Of a DNA stretch of 64,000 bases, positions 24,722 to 38,205 are shown piece by piece (position 1 is the stretch's first letter; the number at the start of each line of letters is the position of its first letter). The notes under the pieces are model-generated. The model made no database searches. It was not told the origin of the DNA and saw only the letters and a program-made list of their open reading frames with translations. The stretch is from positions 186,001 through 250,000 of the forward strand of contig NW_026782437.1 of assembly GCF_031769215.1 (NCBI RefSeq), in the 5' to 3' direction. The position numbers and the translations under genes were made by a program. Origin of the DNA: Ylistrum balloti (Eukaryota).

Positions 24722-27700
24722 ATGTGGATTCTAGACACTATTTACTCCTTTTTTTGGAACTCGCTGCTAGATTTCGTTTTCTTTATTATTATCGACGCTT
24801 TTGCAAAGATAACTCTGGGAGATTCCAGGTAAACATTGTGTAATTTTGTTACATTCAATTATACACGACTTGTCACGGTTAAGAAATTGATGCCTATTTA
24901 TATAAAGCCTGTAGCTGCCTTGGCCACTCGTCATTGTTAAGTGTTAGGCTACGTGTATTTCTTCATTTACTTAAGATGTATGAACAGGCATGAAATAACT
25001 ATCGTTGATGTTACGCATAATTTTCATTTTAACTAACATAAATACTTAATGCATACTCAATTTTGCTTTTATTGTGTATTCATAGATGTTGTATCTTAAT
25101 TCTCATCTGGAAATCCCCTTTTCTATAATTATACACCAGAAACTGATAACTGTTAGTACTGCATGACATTGCTGTACTTTGTTACAGCAGTGTCGCATAT
25201 AACGTATCATACGTCCCTAGTTTCAGGGATAAATAAACGGTGATGAACTTATAACAGGCGCCACAATAACTAAGCCAGTCTATTATCAGGCAACATGTAG
25301 CTAAGAGATAGTCATTATCTGTTATTGGATATCAAATCAGTATAGAAGCATAAAAACGAGGGATGAATAATAAAAATTGAAACCAATCTCAGTCCATAAC
25401 TTTATTGTACTCTGTCATTTTATGACAACCATATTGCACAACTCTGATGGATTTTATGATTGTTGGAATTTAAGCTGCAGAAGTTCAGTCAGAAGTCATT
25501 GATAAGGCATGTGTATATATTCAAAAGTACATTAAAAACTTTTCCCAGCCCTGACAAATTTGCTTGAAGTGTACATGTTTTTAATATTTTGTTCTTTTGG
25601 GTCATTTTAGGACTCCAGAAGAAAAGAAAACAATATGGTTTGGGGAGTCTGTCATCCTGGCCTTAACATCTATCATCATCTATTTCTGCGATCACACCCC
25701 AGTTGTTCTCATCAGCCTGACTGTGGTAACTTTTGTATATACCCAGTCAAGTGGAATGGTCAGTATCAGGAATTGGTACATTTCACTAAAGACACGATGG
25801 GAAGAGTATCAGCAGCATCAAGACAGTGTAGAACGTATGAAAATTCATTTGAACAACCAACAGGCATACTTTCGCTCGGAGCAGGTACGACAAGAGGCTG
25901 CTCTGAGGTCAACGCCTTACAACAGAAATGCACCTCCTTTTCAAATGCAGCAACAGCGACATGGAATGTATCCTGTTAAGCCTATTCAACAAAATCGAAT
26001 GGGCTTCCCTACCAATACGCAAGCAAATCTTGGACATCAGCAGAATTTCAACCCCCAAAACAATGCAATGCCACAAACACAAAGTCCAAGTTTTTGGTCC
26101 AGATTGCCAAGAATGAGACTGCCTAATGCATTCAAACGTTCTAATGTTTCTTCAACTGCCAACACAAGTTCAAATGATGACCATTATCAGCTGAGGAAAG
26201 AAGAGTACAGTTTTTCTACTGAAGTTCAATCAAATTTAAGATCTAATAAGCAAACTCCAACAGGAAAAACTGACTATTCCCCTCCGATAAAGCCATCTTG
26301 GTTTGGTGAGAATTTGGGGCGCAGACCTCTACGGCGTGGCATCTCTGGGTATCCAGAAAGTTACAACTCAGAGAGTACTTCTCTTAAAAATAGATTCATC
26401 TCAGCATTTGGATTTTCATCCACACCTGAAAAGCCTCCTGGGTTGAGGAATGAGGGACAAAATTTATGTTTTATGAACAGTATTATACAGTGTTTAGCAA
26501 GGACGCCCAACTTGACTCAGTCCTTGAGTATAGAATCTTCCAAAGAATCTGAATGCACAATGGAAGAGTCCTTGCTATTGACTTCCATTGTAGAAATTAT
26601 TGAAAACTGTAAAGTTAAAGGGAGTGCCAAAGTGTTAGATCCTATTGCATTCCGCCAGGCAGCATCCAGTCTCCCTAACAGTGTGGTGGCACTGCCTACA
26701 CAGAGACAGGCACAGCAAGATGCAGCAGAGTTCTATATGTGGTTCATGGATACACTTCATTGTCTTCTTAACAAGAACAGGAAGAGTAACTCAAAAGGTA
26801 AATAGAATAATAGGCAGTGAATTTAATTTTCATATTAAAGTATTTCTAATCTGGAAATATGTACCAAATATTTGTTTCAATTCATATCGTCTTATCTTTA
26901 TTCTTAAACATCAGAAGGCTATGATATCATTTTCAAAAGCATTTACCAGGTAGGTCTTTAGGCAACTTGAAAGTGGAAAAATACTGTACTGGTATATTTA
27001 TATCATATACAAGTGGTCACTTGTGGCCTTGATTTTATTGTATAATGTATACAGCACATAGAAGTCGGCCTTGAGCGTATTTTAATTTAGTGAATGTATT
27101 CTTCATAAAAATTCATTTTAGCTTGTCATTATGTCGGAGAGTAAGGAATGTTAACACAGAGAAACTTGACTGTTGACAAATTTTCTGTTAACAGGGCTAT
27201 GGTAGTTTTCTTACACTGCATGCACAGTTAACATGATTGATTTCTCTGGATTTATTGAAATGCTATTTTATGACATAACATAGGTGAATACTTACCAACT
27301 CATTTACTTTTTTAGGAGAAAAAAATTCCAAAACAAATGAAAGATTAAAGACCCTGAAATTTATCTATGGAGACCTCAATCCAGCTAAACTACAAGACCT
27401 AAAGTCTGCCTGTAAACAAGAGGTATGTTACCCCACTCTCTGTTAATAATACTGTGTACATTTAAAAAGGAAGTGCTACCACAACATTTACGAGCTGAAG
27501 AAAGCAACAATAGAGAATGTTTTTGTTTGGATGTAATATGTTACCAATATGTACCATTCATTTAAAGAAAACTTCTGGATTTGATGGTGATTCATGATTT
27601 TAAGATAATGTTCCAAGTCAGTCAGAACATTTATGTATGAGGTACTAGTTTTCTAGAGATTGATTCATTTCAAGTGAAGTAAGTTAAAGTGTACCCTGAG

Positions 27701-30542
27701 AGGTCAGCTATGTTGACCTTGAAAAATAGTTCTGCACATAAAATACACTATGCCGAAAACGCGAATGCCGTGGAATGTTCCGTTACTGAGAAATTGCGAC
27801 TTTTCTGAAAAACACACCTTTGGCTGAGAGGCGTTGACCTCGTTTTCGGGCACCCAAACCTGTGACGTCATAAGTTCAACGCTTTTGTTGATGCAGCCAT
27901 ATTGTCTTTACTGTGCTACATGTGATTGTGATCTATTTTGGGATTTTCCGTGGTAATTTCTTTATTTATGTGAAAGTACTTCACATCTTCGCAATATCTA
28001 AGGTAGTGAACGAGGGGTCGGTGAATTAGCGCTTAAATCCGCTAAAATGGCTTCCTATCGAGGAGGGAGGCGGTGTGTATGGTTGTCCTAACACTAACAC
28101 GGATGGAGTGTCGATGCATGACGTCGATAAATAAAACTGATTGTTGATTAAATAAAAGTATATTTGTTAGGTTGATATTTTGTTATTAATTCTACAACTA
28201 AACATTTTAAATTGATAGGCTAGCCTATGACTTGGGCGGTCATAGGAATATTATTCCTTCGTAATCGTGAACGCCTAATACTCGGAGAAGGCCTAATCGT
28301 GAATGGGTCACGGGAATTTTCACACCGAGAATTTTCATACTACTATTATATAGTATAGAATAGAATTATTAGAATTTATAGAATAGGTTATGTGTGTATG
28401 TTGTTTGTATAAGGTGTATTTGGTTTTTAGATCTTCCAGCAGACGATGTTGTTTAGTTATTAATTTTGCGATCGTAAAAATAACAATAAGATCACCAATC
28501 TTGATTTGAAAACACAGTTCACAGTGTAGAGATGTCATCTAAACTCATAATCACACCTGTGCCAGGTTAGGTAATTAGCACCTCTGTGGCTGGAAAAAAC
28601 AATTGTGACACCTGTGAGGTGACACGCCTGTCGGCTAACAACAGACGCGTACCAGTGCTAGGGTAAAAACCAGTCAAATAATTGTTTAAACTTCTAAAAC
28701 ATCAAATTTTTATTATTAACACAGCGGAGGGTGTTATAATTGGTTGTTGACACCCTATCTATATATATCCATAGTGCTACGAAAATTCCCTGGAAAGAAA
28801 AATTCCCCTCGGACGAAACTTCTTCGGTAAGAAAATTCCCGACACCTCGTGAATGTATGCATAGTCTTGCACAAACGCGATTTCCCAACGTCAGAAATTA
28901 TTGATCGAGACTTGAAGGTAGTGAAATTAGTCCAAAACCACGCCCAATTTTATTTTGTTTCTTTGAAATGACGATTCACTGTTCGACTACTTTCACGACT
29001 ACTGATGAGACCCAGTGAAGTACGTGCCAATCTATGTTGCCCAAGCGATCGTCCCTTTTCGAAGGGTCATTTTCCTCCTCACTGGATACATCGTCTTGTA
29101 ATTCCAGTTCAAATCGGTAGGGCTGGATTCCGTCTTCAGAAATATCATTCACACCATAATCAGACTCCTCAAAACTCATGCTCAAATCGCTCTCAGTTGC
29201 AGTGTCGTTGTCACTGTCAGTCATGTTGACTGCCATTTCTGTTGAACTTATGACGTCACGAGTAGAAGAGCCTCGATTCGGCGGAAATGACGATTCGGCT
29301 GATTAGGTCTGGGTGGACAGGTGAAAATCGACAACTTTGAGCTTTAATAACTCGACACTGGGGTGACGGATTTTGACGGGGTTTTCATTATTATTATATT
29401 TACGGCATTCTTAACATTATATCTAAATATAAAATTACTCTCAGGGTACACTTTAAATTCTCCAACAAATTTATAAGAAATTAAGTTAATGAGTTCATAC
29501 ATTGTTGTATGTGTTAAATCACTTGTTGTAGATTGATCAAGCTCATGGTTTACAAAACAACTCCTATGCAGAACCAGTACAACGTCTTTCAGACTTGGAG
29601 TGGTTAACTTATAAAGCTGAGAACAACTCCGTCATAGATAACTCCTTCACCGGTCAGCTAGTCATTGGCTATCATTGCCTTACTGACAACCGTATCACAG
29701 TCAACATGCAGACATTCAATATACTCCCTGTGCCTATTGTCTCTCCAAGAGAAGTCTCTGGACTAGTCATGCTGGCTGACTGTTTTACCACATTTTGTAA
29801 TGTAGAACATCTGACTGGACAGGATGCTTTAGATCACAGCTCATGGTGTCCTGCCGCTGAGAAATGTACTACTCCAGTTAGGGGTCCTTTTACGCCGTCA
29901 GCCACGAAGGTGAATGGGAGGAAGAGAGGTTTCTCCAGCCTAGACTCTGCGGTAGGTAGTCTTGGATCACCATTGACTGGTAATCCAATGTCACCTATTC
30001 CAAACAATGGGGAGTTTGTCAATGATAGTGGCTTTCAGGATACAGTGTTCAAAACCTCCACCCCTATAGCTGATGGCCAGATTAGCTTTGTTCCTCAGCA
30101 TCAAAGGTTAAAGGATGCACAGAGAAGATGTCTTCTTCGTCAGTTACCAGAATGTCTTGTCATTCAGCTAATGAGGTTTAACTATAATCCATTCTCAAGA
30201 CAATCTAGCAAGGTTCTGGCTCCAGTATCTATTCCCCTGCGGGATCTGGACCTAACACAGATCATGTTTGACACAGTAACAAACAGGGAGGACCTGTCAG
30301 CACCAGAGCATAGTCACAAATATGATCTGTATGGAGTTTGTGTCCATCTCGGTGCAGACACGACCAACTATGGCCACTATATTAGTTATTGTCTTCAATC
30401 AGAAAATAACACCTGGTACAAGTTCGATGATGAAGATGTCACTGAAGTCAACATGGAGTATGAATTGACAATGCGTGAACTAAGAGAAAATGCATACATA
30501 CTCTTCTACAAAAAAGCAGCAACAAGCCCGTCTCAGTCCTGA
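24722..30542 (+). CDS. Ubiquitin-specific protease (peptidase C19/USP) with a hydrophobic N-terminus; 803 aa. Exons 24722-24828, 25611-26797, 27316-27422, 29532-30542
   Basis: Cys box GLRNEGQNLCFMNSIIQCL, QQDAAEF, LPECLVIQLMRF, His box YDLYGVCVHLG..NYGHYISY, and WYKFDDEDV; the C/H/D catalytic residues are intact. Junction phases 2/1/0 give 2412 nt (803 aa plus stop). The N-terminus MWILDTIYSFFWNSLLDFVFFIIIDAF comes from exon 1. Confidence 0.9.
28047..28134 (+). pseudogene. Frameshifted THAP zinc-finger N-terminus (transposase remnant) inside the Kolobok element
   Basis: ATG GCT TCC TAT CGA GGA GGG AGG CGG TGT GTA t GGT TGT CCT AAC ACT AAC ACG GAT GGA GTG TCG ATG CAT reads MASYRGGRRCV/GCPNTNTDGVSMH, a THAP C-x3-C..H start, with one frameshift and a stop at 28132. 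Confidence 0.6.
28976..29236 (-). pseudogene. Truncated KolX / P2X7-ballast-like ORF inside the Kolobok element
   Basis: Acidic N-terminus followed by GIQPYRFE..SSEEE..RLGNIDW, the lead-in I recall for 'P2X7-like' transposon accessory proteins. The expected Cys cluster after W is absent (deleted, or lost with a following exon). Confidence 0.55.
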
Positions 30543-33146
30543 ATAGTCATTAGTAGTTGTCATTTGTGAAACTTTTATCATGAAGTGCATCGTTTATATT
30601 TCTCGGATCTCATTTTTAAAACAAGTATTAAATGTAGAGACAAAAATACAGTCTTACTATGACAAATATATATGTTCCCTGCTGAAGCAAATGGTTTGGT
30701 ATGTGAATATTGATATTCATTGATAATATGTAATTAATGTCCCAAAAAATGCAATTCTTTTAAAATTTGAAAATTTCATTTGTGCATGCTTAAAAGATAT
30801 TTAGATAAATCAGAACACCATTTGAACTTTCATATTTCAGTAAGTTTAACTGTTTTGTGGTACATATAATTTTTCATACGGTTCTGTTGTTTGTTTATGA
30901 TTAATGAACTGTGAAAAATATGTAGAACTTACATTTTAGGAGTAACAGCTTAGAAAACATGTACATATGATGTAGATAGCTTTATAAAGATTCATGTATA
31001 TAAATTTGTTTAAATGGCATCATTTTAATTTTAGTCTTAATATTTTTTTATTTATATGTACAACTCTTTTGTATGATTTATGATAATGATGTGAAGTACC
31101 TGGATATACTTGTATGTTTACATGCATATTTATTGAAGTAGCAGTTCATGCATGTGATGGTTGCCACCTTCACTAATTAAACCATTTTTATAGTTTGAAA
31201 TGCTGATTAACTGATATGTTCATGGTTTTCTTCTTTTGGAACATCTTTTTGTATTGACCAACAGTGCAATTATAAAAAGATAATTGAAATGCATAATTTT
31301 TTGTTGTAAATGTATACAAAGATTGTGAGAGAACATGTACATTTGCACAGAAAGAAAACCAGTTCTTGCTAATGAAGTTGTTTGCATTGGTCAATCTACA
31401 ATTAATTATCATGAGCCCTTTTAAACTTTATTGCAAAAAACAATGCATCCTACAATGTAAAATTGAATTATTTCCAGAAGTGAGTGGCTTCATAATGCTA
31501 TTAATACAGAACCCCGAGACTAGTGTGTAGGTTATAATTGTTTTATATTGCAGTTGGAATATGATATCCTGCAGTAAGCCTAGTTTGTAACATACAGATC
31601 AGGACTTAAAGCTAGAGACTAGGCTTATTTCAGAGAATGAAAGAACATTTGTCTGTAAGAAATGGAACTTGAAGAAATAGTGTTAATTCTGTGTTAACTG
31701 CTGTTACAAAACTTTAACAAAAGTTCATTTTTATATTTTCTGATGTGATTTTCAACTTCTCCAGTTTGGGGGTTTAACCAATTGGAACAACCTTTCAAAT
31801 TTCAGAATATTGGGCTATGCAAAATAATGTTGTTTTTTATGAAAGATATTTAGAATATTGTCGTAAATATTTGCAAGATATACAGAAGTTGTTGTTTGCC
31901 CACCTATGAAGTCTACAGCACCACTCTGGGTTATCAATAGGGAGATGGTGATACTTTTTATAAAAATGATGAAAAGTGGTCAATATCCACATTTTGAGCT
32001 TTAGTAAGACCTAATATGGTAAATATATCCTTTCATGGCCAAATGAAAGATATTTGTCTACAAATATTTTACCAGTATTAAAGATTAATTCTTGACCAAA
32101 GTCGATTGATCATGAACAGCAGCCATGTTCCATACCAAATTATCAGAGACATAACATTTTTTCCTCAAAGTTTGATCATCAAATAGAGATTAATGAATTA
32201 ATTCTGAGGTGTCTTTTCTAATTCTTAATTGTAACAAAAATGTTTTAGATGTTTAATGATTAATCTTTGGTCATGAATGAATATGTATTAGTGCAGCTAT
32301 TTCAGTTTGATATTCAATGTATGGCCTTGTTTGATTAAAAAAAAAAGTGCTGTAACAGTCCCATTGAGGTATGTCATGATTTGTATATACATGTAAATTA
32401 AATAAAGTATTTAAGTACTTTCAGAAAAAGAAAGAAAAAACTGACTCAATGTATCATGCACAGGTACAAATCAAGTTTTGTAGAGAAAGACCGACCAGGA
32501 CAAATTTATTCAATATACCGATAGTAGAAATTAACCAAACCAATACCATGCATAAAATATTCTCATTGCATTTTGCATCACAAGGGTTTTTGTTCTTATG
32601 TGGTACTTACATGGAAGAACAATCTTCAAATCCAAAGGTATGCAGGTTTCACCTTGCCTTGATATATCTGGTCAGTATATACCTCCACAAGTTTTCTCCC
32701 CCCATATCAAATAACAATGAAATTAGAAAATTGTTAATTGTGGTTACTTAATACATGTATGTGTTCCTAAACAAAATTAAAACTTGATCTAGCAGTTTGA
32801 ATGTTAAGAATTTTAATTTAAGCAAATTATTTTTAGAAAGTTTTGTAATATTTTGATATTAGAAAAATTCAATATACCTTTAAAAAAAAAACCTTAAGAG
32901 GTAATATGAAACAGATTATAACAAAATCCTTCAGTTACGAGTGTTTGCATCGTTGGATATACATTTTTTTCAGTATCAAACTTGTCATCATAATTCAAAT
33001 GTTGTAAAGAATTCATATAGTTGATAAATTATTTGTGGATTTGAAAAGAAGTCTTGTTTTCATTAGGGCCCTTCATCAGTGATAAAGAGGTCCTTGACGG
33101 TGTCGGGTCCTTTCAGGACTGATTCAAAGTTGTCTTGATGCTTCAT

Positions 33147-33269
33147 TCAGGTTGTTTCAGGACAAAGACAGAGGACTCCCTTCAGGCCCCACCAGTTGGG
33201 GTCTGCATCCTGTTTTTCAATCTGTTTTCTGATGATAATAGTTCTATTAATGCAGATGGAATTATTTTC
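33147..33269 (-). CDS. Candidate alternative terminal exon of ERC (ENNSICINRTIIIRKQIEKQDADPNWWGLKGVLCLCPETT*)
   Basis: Acceptor ttgtttaccttcacag at 33270 is followed by a 40-codon phase-0 frame in a GC-richer island. No homology was recognised. Confidence 0.3.
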   Translation of the reverse strand, partial: ENNSICINRTIIIRKQIEKQDADPNWWGLKGVLCLCPETT

Positions 33270-36200
33270 CTGTGAAGGTAAACAAAATATGCCTTGAAGT
33301 GTTTTTTTGTTATATGACCTGTAAAATTTACTCCTTCACAAGAGGGAAACTAAAAACCTTAGGGGTTTTGAAATATGCAGTTTTGACAAACCACGTTAGA
33401 ACTACTCTATCCATTGACTACAGTATCCTTAGAGGAGAGGTTGGGAGGATGGAATTTACAATCTTAGTTTACCATTCCTGATGGAACCTCTCTGCAAAAT
33501 ATTATTTGCATCACTTGAGCAATTTTCAAGAAGATGTAATAAGAGAATGTTTACACACAACAACAATAAAAACAGATCATAGAGGTTTCCTGGCCATTCA
33601 AAGCGTGCTCAATTAGATCATCTTATGTCAATATGGTCCATGAAAAGGAAAAGGTCTATACATGTATTGTTATATGAAGAGGTTATCTCCCATGGAAATT
33701 CCAAAAAGGCAGTAAGTATGCAATAACTGAACATTCACCACACAGACTTGATGATAGAAACTACAGATTTAGAGATTTTGGCTGCTTAGTATCCATCTTG
33801 TTCCTGTGATCACAAATAAGCAATTCCAAAACTAACAGTAAAAAAAATCTTGTGTATCAAGTAATTAATAACACCTACACATGGTTGCACAGTAACAGCT
33901 TTTATTGGTTCCAAACCTGGACATATGTATCCTACAATAACTTCCGCACGCACATATCAGCAATAAAACTACACAGGGAACATGGACCACATGCAGTAAT
34001 ATATTCACAGGCTACACCGTTTCATGTTACACTGTTTCTTACGGCTAAAAATGTCCTGTATATCAACACTAGACACATTTTACGCAGCAAAAACATATAT
34101 TGGAAGTGTTCTTGTATGAAATTGTAGAGGATAATGATGCAGCCAGCCTCTATGGGGGCCTTATGGATTCTTTGCGAGTTTGAAGATATAAAACACTGCA
34201 GATGACACATATCAAGGATAAACTTCAAATGAATTGAAATGGGCAACTTGATGAAAATGAATAAACACAATTGGTAAAAATTGACTACATACTTGTTCTT
34301 ATCTAAATCTTAACACTTCACTAAACATACGGTAATATGTTCTCTTAAACGTTCTGAACTTCCAAAGTGACTTGTCTCTATCATTACAGTAAGGAGTTAC
34401 AACTCACTGGAATCTACAACTTAAAACTCAGAACTATTGACTTGAGGATTTAATCATTTTACAAAATTGAGGTAGTTTATTAGCAAATATACTGCTACAG
34501 TCTGATTTGGGAGTCTTTTTCACTATATCTGATTTAAAATTAAGACTGTCTGATTGGTTTTTTTTTTTTTTTTTAAAGTTTGGTTTGTAATTTCTGACTT
34601 GTGAGAAAGGATATTATTATGATGGTGATTACTATCATATTAAATACTGGAGTCCTGCAAGCTTGTCTAGACATCGAACACTGAAAATGCACAGGTTGAA
34701 ATGGCATTTCTTAATAATCTAATTTTTTCCCCTGTTTTTTTTTTTAATGATTCAAATTGAATTCTATTGACTTTTTCCTGCTTTTAAATATGTTTAATTC
34801 AGTTGTGGATAAAGAGGTAATTCAAAGCAATATTTTGGCTGAATTCTGTGTTTGTACAGACAAAAGATTAAGTTAGGAAAACAAATTAAATTACTTTGTT
34901 TTCTCTAGAGAAAACATAAAGCATTACTTCAGTTTGTAAGTATGGTTGTATCATTAAGCATAATTACAAAGGTTTTTACTGAAATGTCCTGCAAAACCTT
35001 TCCCACATCTGGTAAGAAAAAATCAAAAACCTCTTTGATCACAACAGGGCATTTGTTCAACAGAAATAGTCACATAAACACAGTGTCAGTGGTGAAGACA
35101 AATGAAAACAAATTATGTGCATGTTCAAACATCATTTACCAAAACTGGTATAAATCAAGAATTTCTCTCATTAAATTAAAAATCAAAGTTAAAATTTGTC
35201 TTTGGTTAAATGAAAGAGATTAAAACTTAAAAATAAAACAAAGACAAGAGGGAAAAAAACATGTATTTCATACACTTATTTGGCCTAGGTATTCGCAAGC
35301 ATACACAAGGAGGCAAAACAATAAATTTGTACTAGGTAAGATAGAAATTAATACTTTGATACGAGGTAGGGAGCATAGACATGTATAAACAAGGATGACT
35401 TTGTGAAATATCAATGAATATGCTATTTTAGTAATACACATGTAACACTGTATTGTTTTTTTTCTCGCTAAAATGTTTTTACATGAATTTTAATTTGAAC
35501 AAAATCCCCCAGCTACAGGGCAAAAGTCATGACTGCATAGGCTTCTAAGTCCTGTTGAAGCTTACAGTAAAGTGCAATTAATTTCTGATAAGTATTTGGA
35601 ACACCTGATCTTTCTTATTCACAATATTTATCTACTGTAAGTCTGTGTGTTTGCATTATATAAGGGAGGTAAAATTAAAAAAGAATGCTTGCGCATAACT
35701 TGGTGACAAAATTTCTGAGAATTTCTACACAAAGCACTGCAAAAGCTAGGAGTTAAACAATGAAGTAGGTCTAAGTTCAGTGGTGAGTGTAGTGCACACA
35801 TAGCCTTGTTGCATTTATTTGTCACATAAGTCAACTGTTTTTTATTTTTCCTTGTGAACAAAACATCTTAACTCTCACAGCGTCTCCCTTGGTAGTTACA
35901 TGCTTTCTGCATAAGATATTTTTCTCATGACAATATGAATGGAAAAAAAGGTAAAAGTTTTTTTTTTTGTTTTTCGGGGTATTTTAAATTTTCGTTTTGT
36001 TTTGAAAAGCTTACTTAATTATGGGAATTTGTTGAAATGTATTTGTTTTTCTTCAGGGTTTTTTTCCTTTTTTTCTACTAGATCTTGTTTATCCTACCTG
36101 TTTTAACATTTCTGGAGTTTTATTTCAAAGTCTACACACCACATTACAGTTTTCAAGAGAACAATACTTATCTGATTATCCGTTAAGGTGGGGATTGATG

Positions 36201-37940
36201 TCTGCCATATTTCCTTGGCACACAAACAAGTCTAATCTTGATTTCACAAACATTTAATACAACAAATATTTTCACAAACATATTTTTCGTGTAATTCATA
36301 TAGGTTGCACAATAATTTGTTCTAGTTAACCTAAGATTTACCATAACAAATAAATAAGTGTTTCTGAAAGTTGTCTTAATCTGATGATAACTGTTCAGGT
36401 TTGTGTTAGAATGATATTTTTATACTGAAAATAAAATATAATTTCAAAGCACTATCAATTTAAACTTTTTCCATTTTTTTCTTAATTTTTCCTTTATCCT
36501 GGAAATCAGTTATTTACAATTTACAATCTAGTGTGTACAGTAATTCTTCTGTATGTTAATACACATACCACAAGAAAAGTACCTAATAACTTCATAATTG
36601 TGAGAATAAAGCATCCTTAAGACTAATATTATTATCTAGGTTACTATGTATATGTATGTTGAATGAAGATACCAGGGTAAACTGGATATTGAAAATAATT
36701 TTAACTTCAGAACATTTTAAATAGGTATTGTTCGAAATAGGTCCACAATGATTCAAGTATAGAATTACATATGATTTTTAATATAAATAGTCATGATTGA
36801 CAACCACTTTCATAAATTGATTGATCAAAAACACTGTTTGAAACATCTGACACACTAATACTTGTTTAAACATATAGTACATACTGAGTGGTAATGTAAA
36901 ATACATGATGTAGGAATAAAATGTGTGGTATAAGATGAATTTTAAGTACCATAATACACTATAAATTATTTGATATTTTATCGAGTTTAATTCTCCAAGC
37001 ACAGAAATCAGAAATACATACAACTGTTATTTGGAGAGAAAAAAATGCTATAAGTACGATAAATGTATCTATAAAATTCAATGTTTACATACTATGACTT
37101 CACACTATTTCATTTAAATTTAATTTAATTGCAAGGAAGCAATACGCTAGAAATTATATTTCAAAGGTGATTTTTTTTATGTCAGCTGCTCTTGTAGTCA
37201 TGTCTTTTTTATATTTTATACAAGAAATTAAAAGAAATAACTTTTAATATCCCATTTGAAGAGTTTGTTTTATTTGAAAATGTCTACAGCCAATCAACAC
37301 CATGTCTGACTTCAAAAACATACATGTGAATTTAAGACAATTTGATCTTTAAACACTGTCAACTTCTCAGAAAGATTTTACCTAAGTAATGGCATTTTCG
37401 ATTTCATTTCAGCCAAATGTCTAGTTAAAGCAATGGAGGTTAAGCAGCTGTTAGTATACTGGTCATTAATGGTGACCAGTCTCCTACATTGCACGCCCCA
37501 GCATTTCTTCCCAACTAATAGCTGTTGCTTTCAGAATTTTGATGAGAGTCATAACTGTTAAATTAGCAAAATAGTGATTTGATCAATCACTAAATCAATT
37601 CATCCTGAAGATATTGTAAAAGCATAACTCTGAGATTTGGAATTTCTTAATGATAAAAAAATAACATTATAATTGCTACTGGAAACCATAAAATGACAAG
37701 ACTTCATTCGAGGGCTCATTATTCAGTTTCTGCTTTTATCATGGTACTTTTATCTGAAATATGAACACAGACATTACAGGTAAGTCTGATGATTTAAGTA
37801 TCATATTTTACTAGATGTAAGTCCAGGGGGCTAATGTTCTGAAAATGGACAGTGCAGGAGATAGTCTTCCAAAACATGAACCTGGTCAAATATGGAAATA
37901 TAACAAACAGGTGTGTTGATCAATTACCATCTTCAAATTA

Positions 37941-38205
37941 TTCAGATAATGACTTAAATAATGAACAAGCTGTGTTTATCTGTCACATCGTTCAGATAGT
38001 GACTGAAGTAATGAACAAGCTGTGTTTATCCGTCAATCGTTCAGATAATGACTGAAGTAATTAACAAGCTGTGTTTATCTGTCTCATCGTTCCGATAATG
38101 ACTGAAGTAATGAACAAGCTGTGTTTATCTGTCACATCGTTCAGATAATGACTGAAGTTAAGAACAAGCTGTGTTTATCTGTCACATCGTTCATATAATG
38201 ACTGA
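37941..38205. repeat. 50-bp minisatellite (about 5.5 copies, degenerate tail to ~38280)
   Basis: gaacaagctgtgtttatctgtcacatcgttcagataatgactgaagtaat at 37963, 38013, ~38062, 38112 and ~38162. Confidence 0.9.

Larger units (their letters stand above)
27688..29452. mobile_element. Non-autonomous Kolobok-type DNA transposon (1765 bp) in USP intron 3, TTAA target-site duplication, 15-bp TIRs
   Basis: Left end TTAA|AGTGTACCCTGAGAG (27684-27702) and right end CTCTCAGGGTACACT|TTAA (29438-29456) are perfect inverted copies. AG..CT termini with a TTAA TSD match the Kolobok superfamily, whereas piggyBac termini usually start CC(C/Y). Confidence 0.85.

Noticed and set aside
24722-30542. Calling the USP USP30 or USP2/USP21
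   Set aside because: The N-terminal hydrophobicity suggests USP30, but the multi-helix N-terminus, long Q/N linker and Cys-box spacing do not match what I recall. The symbol was left blank.
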